From an uncultured delta proteobacterium (GTDB lineage Bacteria; Desulfobacterota; Binatia; UBA9968), in contig CAWJZV010000030.1 of assembly GCA_963847445.1 (NCBI GenBank), positions 160,001 through 224,000 on the forward strand: a stretch of 64,000 bases of DNA, read 5' to 3'. Shown piece by piece: positions 32,177 to 39,800 of this stretch. The notes below the pieces were generated by a model. It saw only the letters and a program-made list of their open reading frames with translations. It was not told the origin of the DNA and ran no database searches. Positions within the stretch are counted from its first letter, which is position 1. Each line of letters starts with the position of its first letter. A program made the translations under genes and the position numbers.

Positions 32177-33101
32177 GTGAAAACATTTATCTGGCGCCGC
32201 CTGCTGCTCCTGCTGCCGACTCTCTTCGGCGCGTTGTCATTGGTCTTTCTGCTGGTTCACTTGATTCCCGGCGACCCCGTCGAGGTCATGCTCGGCGAGA
32301 CCGCCAGCGGCGCCGATAAACTGGAACTGCGCCGCGCCCTCGGATTGGATCAACCGCTGGCGACGCAGTATCGAAACTTTCTGACCAAGCTCGCCGCCGG
32401 CGATCTCGGCCGTTCGCTCTTCGAGCAGGCAAGCGTCAGTGCAATCATCGGCCAACGGCTGCCGGCGACTCTCGAACTGGCGTTGTGCGCCATGATCGCC
32501 GCGCTGGCCATCTCGTTTCCACTGGCGTTTCTCGCGGCGCGCCGGCCCGGCAGCCTGATGGATCGCTGCGCTCTATTATTCTCTCTGCTCGGCCTGTCGC
32601 TGCCGAATTTTTGGCTCGGGCCGCTGTTGATGATTCTGTTTTCGATTCAGCTCGGCTGGACGCCGGTGTCGGGCCGCGGCGGACTAGCTCCATGTCATTC
32701 TGCCCTCGCTCACGTTGGGATTGGGCATGGCCGCGATCCTGACGCGCATTTTGCGCGCCAGTTTGATTCAGGTCGCCCGCGCCGAATTCGTCCAAACCGC
32801 CCGCGCCAAAGGCTTAAGCGAACAATCGGTCTGGCTCAAACATATGCTGCGCAACGCGCTGTTATCGGTGGTGACGATCATGAGTCTGCAATTCGGCGCC
32901 CTGCTCGCCGGCTCGTTGATCACCGAAACCGTATTCAGTTGGCCTGGCATCGGCAGACTGACCGTGCAGGCGATCCAGACTCGCGACTATCCGCTGGTGC
33001 AAGGTTGTGTGTTGGTCATCGCGGTCGCCTATGTGCTGGTGAATTTCTTTACCGACATCCTTTACAAACTTGTCGACCCGCGGGTGAGCTATGGCGACTA
33101 G
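32177..33101 (+). CDS. ABC peptide permease, DppB/OppB type (frameshift near 32690)
   Basis: PGDP, GDLGRS, PNFWLG; TARAKGL, ETVFSWPGIG, RDYPLVQG. Confidence 0.9.
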
Positions 33102-33891
33102 AGTCTGGTTCAACACCGGCGTGGCGATCTTGCTGGTCCTGTTAGTCTCGGCGCTACTGGCACCGGTCATAGCGCCGCATAATCCATTACGGCAAAATTT
33201 AGAAAACGACCTGATCGCTTACAGCGCCGCTCATCCGCTCGGCACCGATAAACTCGGCCGCGATATCTTGAGCCGGACGCTTTACGGCACGCGCATCTCG
33301 CTCTCGGTCGGCTTCGCCACCGTGGCGCTCTCCCTCGCCATCGGCTTCGTCGTCGGCGCGCTCGCCGGTTACTTCGGCGGCTGGATCGATTTACTGCTCA
33401 TGCGCCTGGTCGATATCCTGCTGGCGTTTCCCGGCATTCTCCTGGCCATCGCCTTCACCGCCGTGCTCGGGCCCGGGCTCGATCACGTCATCCTCGCGCT
33501 TTGCCTGATCGGCTGGACCGGCTATGCCCGTCTGGTGCGCGGCGAGATCATCGCCCTGCGCGAACGAGAATTCGTCCAAGCCGCCCGCGCCCTCGGCGGC
33601 AGTCCCAAGCGCGTTGTTTTGCGCCATCTGTTACCCAATCTCCTGGCACCGTTATTGATCCAAGCGACTTTCGGCCTCGCCGCCGCGATCATCGCCGAAG
33701 GCAGCTTGAGCTTCCTCGGCCTTGGCGTCGAACCGCCGACACCGTCCTGGGGATCGATGCTGAACGACGGCCGGCAATTTCTCCTGGTCGCGCCGCATCT
33801 CACCACCTATCCCGGGCTGGCGATCATGATCACGGTCTTCGCGCTCAATCTCGTCGGGGACGGATTACAAGAACGGCTTAGAAGGCGATAG
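33091..33891 (+). CDS. ABC peptide permease, DppC/OppC type
   Basis: HPLGTDKLGRDILSR, EFVQAARALG, LSFLGLG..PPTPSWG. Confidence 0.92.
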   Translation: MATRVWFNTGVAILLVLLVSALLAPVIAPHNPLRQNLENDLIAYSAAHPLGTDKLGRDILSRTLYGTRISLSVGFATVALSLAIGFVVGALAGYFGGWIDLLLMRLVDILLAFPGILLAIAFTAVLGPGLDHVILALCLIGWTGYARLVRGEIIALREREFVQAARALGGSPKRVVLRHLLPNLLAPLLIQATFGLAAAIIAEGSLSFLGLGVEPPTPSWGSMLNDGRQFLLVAPHLTTYPGLAIMITVFALNLVGDGLQERLRRR

Positions 33892-34003
33892 TTCAAGCCG
33901 TTCAAATCGTTCAATCGCTGCGCTCCGTTCAAAGCGTTTTCGCATCGAGAGTTTTCCGATCTGAGATTTGAACGACTTGAACGTTTTGAACGACTTGAAC
34001 GAG
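33891..34003. repeat. Family A 9-bp-unit palindrome
   Basis: gttcaagcc-gttcaaatc-gttcaatc...ttgaacgac-ttgaacgtt-ttgaacgac-ttgaacgag. Confidence 0.8.
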
Positions 34004-34069
34004 TTCGTACTAGATTGCCTAACCCCGGCCACGATGGTAATTAGTCTCAGAACCAAGGAGGGCTCCGCG

Positions 34070-34631
34070 ATGAAATTATACACCAGCCGCACCTGACCCT
34101 ACGCCCACAGGACAAGGATTGTCCTGGCCGAAAAGAACATCCCTTACCAAACGATCGAAGTCGATCTCAAGAACAAACCGGAAGATCTGGTTAAGCAAAA
34201 TCCCTACGGCAAGGTGCCGGTGTTGGTCGACGGCGATGGCGTCATCTACGAGTCGGCCGTGATCAACGAGTATCTCGACGAGAAATTCGCCGACGCGCCG
34301 CTCATGCCGCGCAATCAACTCGACCGCGCCAAGGTGAGGATTTGGGTGGATTTCTTCAACACCCGCGTGCATCCGACGGGAAGCGATCTGCAAAAAAAAC
34401 GTGACCCGGAGAAAGCCCAAGCGCGCATGGATCAACACCTGCGCACTCTCGACGACGCCTTGGCCGGCAATGATTATCTGGTCGGCAATCAGTTCTCGCT
34501 GGCGGATGTCACGTTCATCCCCTTCTACACCCGGCGCGAACGCTACACCGTCGACATTCGACAACTACCCCAACATCAAACGTTGGGCGGAGAAGCTGAT
34601 CGCGCGTCCGCAGGTGGCGCCGACGCTATAA
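34070..34631 (+). CDS. Selenocysteine-containing glutathione S-transferase (C-terminal frameshift near 34558)
   Basis: AAGGAGG RBS, ATG 34070: MKLYTSRT-U(TGA 34094)-PYAHRTRIVLAEK...NPYGKVPVL in frame with ORF 34214; UPYA matches the CPYA/CPFA active site; alternative frame ends YPNIKRWAEKLIARP. Confidence 0.88.
34097..34126 (+). promoter_or_regulatory. Putative bacterial SECIS element
   Basis: Perfect 8-bp stem caggacaa-gga-ttgtcctg 34108-34126, loop 19 nt after the UGA. Confidence 0.72.
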
Positions 34632-34640
34632 CACACCAAT

Positions 34641-34712
34641 TGGAGTGATGGAGTATTGGAGTGTTGGGAACGAATCCCATTACTCCCACCACTCCAATAC
34701 TCCATCTACTCC
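34641..34712. repeat. Family B palindrome of 8-bp GGAGTNNT units
   Basis: ggagtgat-ggagtatt-ggagtgtt...tactccca-ccactcca-atactcca. Confidence 0.75.
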
Positions 34713-34723
34713 AGGAGCTATTT

Positions 34724-35779
34724 ATGCAACCCATCCTCGTCAGTCCCCAAGAGATTCGCGGCATTGTCACCATGAACGAAGCGGTCGAAGCCGTGCGCTT
34801 CGGCTTTCGCGAGTGGGGTGAGAGACCCCAGCTCAACGCGCCGCGCCGGCGCATTCACATTCCCACCGGCGTGCGCGTGAGCGTGCACCAGGGCGGCGTG
34901 CCGGCAGCCAAAGCCACCGGCCTGATGACCCATTGCGAGTGGGTCAAGCCGATGGCCAGCGAGCAAGTCTATCCGCGCCTCAATCATCCGGTCATCGTGC
35001 TCTACGACGCCGCCGAAGGCGAATTGAAAGGCATCATCGTCGGCGAGATCACCTGCTCGGAGTTGCCGGATAACATCGCCGTCACCGGCCTGCGCACCGC
35101 CGCCACCAGCGCCGTCGGCACCGACCTGCTGGCGCGGCCCGACGCTTCGAGCCTGGGAATCTTCGGCGCCGCCGGCCAGGCGAAAAATCATCTGCTCGCC
35201 TTGATGCAAGTGCGCAAGTTGAAAACGGTCAAGGTCTACAGCCGCAACCCGGAGAACCGCAAACAGTTCTGCGACGAGATGGGACCGCTCACCAATCTCA
35301 ACATCACGCCGGTGGCAACCCCGGCCGAAGCGGTGCGCGGCGTCGACATCGTCCTGACGGCGACCAACTCCAGCGTGCCGGTATTCGACGGCAACCTGTT
35401 GGAACCGGGGCAACATGTGACGACCATCGTCGGCAGCAACGTCGGCCTGGTCAAAGGCGGCTTCACCGCCGCCAAGCGGCGCGAGATCGACGACGCCACG
35501 TTGTCGCGCAGCCATGTCCACGGCATCGTGTCGATACAACAGGCGGTGCAAGACGAGCAGGCGGATATTTTCGATCCGGTCAACCGCGGCGTCATCAAGT
35601 GGGAACAGCTGATCGAGATCGGCTCGATCCTCGCCGGCAACAGCGAAGGCCGCACCCGCCTCGACCAGATCACATTTTACAAAAACAACGCCGGCCAAGG
35701 CGTCGCCGACGTGGCGCTGGGAGCGAAGGTGCTGGAGAACATCAAAGCAAAAAAATCCGGACTGGTCCTCGACTATTGA
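34724..35779 (+). CDS. Ornithine cyclodeaminase / mu-crystallin family protein
   Basis: TGLRTAATSAVG, GAAGQAK.H, DIVLTATNS, ITFYKN..GQG..DVA. Confidence 0.85.
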   Translation: MQPILVSPQEIRGIVTMNEAVEAVRFGFREWGERPQLNAPRRRIHIPTGVRVSVHQGGVPAAKATGLMTHCEWVKPMASEQVYPRLNHPVIVLYDAAEGELKGIIVGEITCSELPDNIAVTGLRTAATSAVGTDLLARPDASSLGIFGAAGQAKNHLLALMQVRKLKTVKVYSRNPENRKQFCDEMGPLTNLNITPVATPAEAVRGVDIVLTATNSSVPVFDGNLLEPGQHVTTIVGSNVGLVKGGFTAAKRREIDDATLSRSHVHGIVSIQQAVQDEQADIFDPVNRGVIKWEQLIEIGSILAGNSEGRTRLDQITFYKNNAGQGVADVALGAKVLENIKAKKSGLVLDY

Positions 35780-35942
35780 ATTGGATTGGTGGATTGCAGA
35801 GGTTTAGCGATCAACACACCGTCACATCTAGTTTTCCCTTACCGCTCCAGGCTGCTACCTGTTGAGAAAACAACATTCATCAATGACAACCATAGACTAA
35901 TTTACAAAATATTTATGAATGAGAGGCGCCTGTCTAATCCAG

Positions 35943-36001
35943 GCTCAACGTTTGGGTGAGAGGCGCGGTCTGCCGCGACCTTCTCAACCCGATGGTTATC
36001 C
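35943..36001 (-). other. attC site (59 bp) closing the TA cassette
   Basis: Minus strand: R'' GGATAAC - catcg - GG(T)TGAGA ... TCTCACC - caaac - R' GTTGAGC, with one extrahelical base. Confidence 0.82.
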
Positions 36002-36029
36002 GGGATCAATCCCCGCACTCCCGCCGAAG

Positions 36030-36368
36030 CTAGTTCGCTATCCCCATCCAGAGTGCTAAAGCTCGGCTCACCCGCAGCACTAAATCATCCTCCAATCGTC
36101 CAATGCTCTGCGCAATGCGAGTGCGAGATACGGTTGTGACTTTGTCAATCATGAGCTGGGACAAGGAACGCAGGCCGTTGACAGGCGACGGTTCCAGAGT
36201 AAGTCGGAAGAGTGGGGCGTCCACAAGCGTACTCGTCACCGGAACAACAGTTACGCTCGCGTGCGTCTCGTTGAACAGGTCTGACTGTACAATCAGCGCG
36301 GGACGGGGCTTGCCATAGTCACCAGGTAGAGCGACTATCACAAGATCGCCGCGCTTCAACCGGTCCAC
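36030..36368 (-). CDS. PemK/MazF-family type II toxin
   Basis: KRGDLV...GDYGKPRPALIVQSD, VPVTS, NGL..SQLMIDK, IGRL. Confidence 0.92.
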   Translation of the reverse strand: MDRLKRGDLVIVALPGDYGKPRPALIVQSDLFNETHASVTVVPVTSTLVDAPLFRLTLEPSPVNGLRSLSQLMIDKVTTVSRTRIAQSIGRLEDDLVLRVSRALALWMGIAN

Positions 36369-36580
36369 CCTTCGGTATCCCGGGTCTCGTCGAGCCAGTT
36401 CAATACCTGTGCCTCAGCGCGCCGATGCTTTGACGCAGCCCGGCTTTGACGGCGGCACTCCTCAGCGAAACCTCGAGCCCTTGTATCTGGGATCCACAGC
36501 TGCACGAGTCGCAGTCCTGCACGTCTCATGCGGGTACGATAACGCTGCACGCTTCGAGCAGGCGAACTTTCCTTTTTCAT
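36356..36580 (-). CDS. MazE-like antitoxin (DUF3018 type)
   Basis: VQRYR.RMRRAGLRLVQLWIPDTRA.GFAEECRRQS; overlaps toxin start. Confidence 0.88.
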   Translation of the reverse strand: MKKESSPARSVQRYRTRMRRAGLRLVQLWIPDTRARGFAEECRRQSRAASKHRRAEAQVLNWLDETRDTEGWTG

Positions 36581-36681
36581 GACATGTAATATGGCATGCT
36601 ATGCAGCGGTGCGCCAGCACGCGCCCCCGAGCAACCAAAAGCTTGGGCGGTCGTCAGACGCGCCCGCCCGATCCCTCATGT

Positions 36682-36759
36682 GGATAACGCCCCGCATCAC
36701 CTGCCGACGGAAGCGGGCGAAGCCTGCTGTAGCCGGTCAGGTGCATGCGGATGTTCAAG
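36682..36759 (-). other. attC site whose R'' box is interrupted by the mobile element
   Basis: Minus: AAC-atccg-CATGCACC...GGTGATG-cggggc-GTTATCC; R' GTTATCC complements R'' GGATAAC of the downstream TA cassette. Confidence 0.82.
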
Positions 36760-36859
36760 TAAGCCGCTGCGCGGCAGTTAATCCGTCCTGACAATCGATT
36801 CTGTCCCACACCATCGATCTTCGATAAAAGTCTCCTATCTTTTCAGAAGGAGAACGTTT

Positions 36860-37750
36860 ATGAACGATTGGTATCAACGCATGGTCGCTACTCTGCAACT
36901 CAATGGGAAAGGAGAACGAACTCAACAAGCCTACACCCGCGCGGTCCGTATGCTCTCTGAGTTCTACGGCAAAACACCGGATCTGGTCTCGGAACCCGAG
37001 CTCCAAGAATACTTCCTCCACCGAAAAAACGTCAACCGCTGGTCACCCAAGACCATGCGCATCTGTTACTGCGGAATTCGCTTCTTCTACGTCAACGTTC
37101 TCGCGCGCGATTGGCACATCCTCTCGATCCTGCGCGCTCAGAACGAACACCGCCTACCGGCCGTCCTGAGCGTCGAAGAGGTCCGAAGCATTTTGGCCCA
37201 CGTCAAAACCTTCCACAACCACGTCTATCTTTCCACCGTCTACTCCTGCGGCCTGCGCCTCCACGAAGGCCTTCATCTCGAAGTCACCGACATCGACAGC
37301 CAGCGCATGATGATCCATGTCCATCGCGGCAAGGGCGCCAAGGACCGCTATGTCCCGCTGCCTCAGTCGACTCTTCATTTGCTGCGCCAATACTGGCGCA
37401 CGCACCACCATCCCCAGTCTTCTCTTCCCAGCTCTTGGCCGCAAGCGGCACAGGCGCCAAAGCAGGCGCTCCATCCCATGGCGAAAAGCAGCGTCCAGGG
37501 CGCCTTCCGCCGTGCCAAGTGGGAGGCCGGCGTTCACAAAAAAGGCGTTTCGATCCACACCCTGCGCCATTCCTACGCCACCCATCTCCTCGAAGCTGGC
37601 GTCAACCTGCGCGTCATCCAACGCTACATGGGCCACGCTCGACTGGAAACCACCATGCTCTATCTCCACTTGACCCAGAAGGGACAAGAAGATGCCTGTC
37701 AGCTGATCAATCACGTGATGGAGGGACTCGATCATGACCTCCATCCGTGA
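36860..37750 (+). CDS. Tyrosine recombinase with IntI-like N-terminal SAM-like domain, lacking the IntI-specific insertion
   Basis: LPAVLSVEEV, YSCGLR, GKGAKDR, HTLRHSYATHLLE, MGH, TMLY; probable compensating indels near 37418-37452. Confidence 0.92.
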   Translation: MNDWYQRMVATLQLNGKGERTQQAYTRAVRMLSEFYGKTPDLVSEPELQEYFLHRKNVNRWSPKTMRICYCGIRFFYVNVLARDWHILSILRAQNEHRLPAVLSVEEVRSILAHVKTFHNHVYLSTVYSCGLRLHEGLHLEVTDIDSQRMMIHVHRGKGAKDRYVPLPQSTLHLLRQYWRTHHHPQSSLPSSWPQAAQAPKQALHPMAKSSVQGAFRRAKWEAGVHKKGVSIHTLRHSYATHLLEAGVNLRVIQRYMGHARLETTMLYLHLTQKGQEDACQLINHVMEGLDHDLHP

Positions 37751-38827
37751 AATCTTCACCACCTTCGGCCCCGAGTATCTGCAACGCTACGCGACGACCA
37801 TGCCCAAGCACCCATCGCAAAGTCATCGATGCCATCATGGCTTGTCGCACCGAGGCCTGCGGCATCGCTTTCTATCAGTGCGATGGCTGTGCTGAGCCGC
37901 AACAGTTCTTCGTTTCTTGCGGCAATCGCCATTGCCCTACCTGCCAGTACACTAAAGCTCAGCAGTGGCTCCAAACCCGGATCCAGCGCCAACTGCCGGG
38001 GCATCACTTCCTGCTCACGTTTACCGTTCCAGAACAACTGCGTTCTTTCATGCGCCAACACCAGCGCGTCGGTTACTCGGCTCTGTTCAAAGCTTCTTCC
38101 GATGCCATCAAAAAACTAGCCACCGATCCAAAGCACATCGGTGGTGATCTGCCGGGCTTCTTCGGTGTGCTGCACACCTGGGGTCGAACTCTGCAGTACC
38201 ATCCCCACATCCACTACGTCGTTTCCGGTGGCGCTATGCATTCCTCCGATGGCTCCTGGCATCCCTCCAAAATCGATTTCTTTCTGCCGGTCCAAGCGCT
38301 CTCGATCATCTTCAGGGCTAAGTTCCGCGATCTGATGAAACAAGCAAAACTGTTCGATCAAATCCCACCCGAGCTCTGGCAGATTGCCTGGAACGTCAAC
38401 TGCCAAGCGGTGGGCTCCAGTCAAGCCACGCTAAAATATCTCGCCCCTTACGTCTTCAAAGTCGCCATCTCCAACTCGCGCATCGTTGGTGCCCGCGATC
38501 GCACCGTGCTGATTCGGTATCGCAAATCTCACAGCCAGCGCTCTCGAATCCTGGCTCTTGATGTTATCGAGTTCATCCGCCGCTTCCTCCAGCACGTGCT
38601 GCCCACCGGCTTTATGAAAATCCGCTACTACGGCTTTATGAACGCGCAACTGTAAGATTGCGCTCGAACGGATTCGTGGCCTGATCGAATTGAGCTACGG
38701 CTTCGCTATCGATCTCCCCGTCCCTGAGATCGAGCCCCCTCGCCGCAGTACCTGCCCAAGTTGCGGCGGGCTGCTCAAATTCCGCTCGGTCCTGCCATCG
38801 ATGAAGATTCTGCGCCGCTCGGGCTAG
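37734..38827 (+). CDS. IS91-family (Y2 HUH) transposase with Zn-binding domain (frameshifts near 37808 and 38650)
   Basis: CRT..CG, SCGNRHCPTCQ, FTVP, LHTWG..L.YHPHIH, YLAPY, EFIRRFLQHVLP.GF.KIRYYG, C-terminal CPSCGG. Confidence 0.9.
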
Positions 38828-39180
38828 CCGCCCATTCCCTTCAACCAATTCTGTTGGATTTCCAAATTGTTGCCCTGCTCGCTGCGGCCTGAAGGAGGCA
38901 GACGCCGAGCTGCGCTGACTTTACCGATGGCGGAGTTCCGATTCACTCTAGCTGCGGCAAATTCGAGCAGAACAAATAAATCTAAACACTCTCTACCCTG
39001 ACCATTTTCGCCGCGCACCGCAGTTCACCATGTGATTGGACCGCCACCCCCTTCGGCGCAAATCACCGACCACAACCTTTTCCCTTATATTGTTCCTGCC
39101 CGCCTTCATCACGGGCTTCTTGAACACCGGATTGAAACGACTCGGAAGTCGTCTCAATCCTTACGGGTTAGGCCACGTCT

Positions 39181-39489
39181 TCATGTCTTCAAAACTCGAC
39201 CTCGTCCGACAACTCGCGGGCCTTCGCGAACTGTAAACTCCGCTCCTGGCACGAGAGGAGAATAATCAACGTTCGGATGATAAACCAAACCCAGAGTCGC
39301 CGTGAATGAACTCTGCGCTTGGACAGACTTTGGCGCGGACAAAAACATTACACCAAGATACTCGCCCTCGCCAACAACGAGATGAGGACGATACAAAGTA
39401 GGCGTGGTCAAAACAGGCGGCTGCTCTCTCCCGCCTTCCGCCTTGGTGAAGAACGCCATCTCAACTTCAATCTTGGGAACGTCGTGCAT
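39181..39489 (-). CDS. Cassette ORF, EF-Tu C-terminal-domain-like protein
   Basis: TKAEGGR..P, YRPHL, FTVREGPRVVGRG.V resemble EF-Tu domain 3; bounded by GTTAGGC (39509-39503) and GCCTAAC (39173-39167). Confidence 0.72.
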   Translation of the reverse strand: MHDVPKIEVEMAFFTKAEGGREQPPVLTTPTLYRPHLVVGEGEYLGVMFLSAPKSVQAQSSFTATLGLVYHPNVDYSPLVPGAEFTVREGPRVVGRGRVLKT

Positions 39490-39502
39490 GGCGCGTGAAG
39501 TG

Positions 39503-39560
39503 GCCTAACTATTAAGTATACTGCCGGCATTTCCGGCGGGTTATCCAAGCGTGTAAATTG
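39503..39560 (-). other. attI-like site at the head of the array
   Basis: Minus: ...cagtatacttaata-GTTAGGC; AT-rich, no attC palindrome upstream; core matches R'' of the first cassette. Confidence 0.55.
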
Positions 39561-39800
39561 CTAAGAACAAAATCGACTGTAATATCGGTCAACAAGTCGC
39601 AGCTTGTCAATCTCTTCTCCGGGCAAACGCTGGCCGTGCGGCGGGGTATCCAGATACCAGCCCGCGGTATAGCTCGCTCGAAACCTTTCGGTCGGCCGAC
39701 AAGCACACGAATCACCGGTAACAAGCCGCGTAGTCCACTTTTCCTCAAATTCACCTCGTATCGTGCAGCTCGTCATGGTGACGTTATCCAATTGTCTCGC

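Larger units (their letters stand above)
36753..39169 (+). mobile_element. Tyrosine recombinase + IS91-like transposase element inserted at the GTT of an attC
   Basis: GTT at both junctions (36753-55, 39167-69); inverted ends GTTCAAGTAAGCC / GGCTTCTTGAAC; hairpins at 36763-36775 and 39129-39160. Confidence 0.8.

Noticed and set aside
36860-37750. Recombinase as the array's intI
   Set aside because: It lies inside the array rather than beside attI, lacks the IntI insertion and is coupled to an IS91-like transposase.
39119-39173. Ordinary attC of the EF-Tu-like cassette
   Set aside because: Spacers are 6/3 nt with no extrahelical base in an L box; a canonical attC appears only after removing the element.
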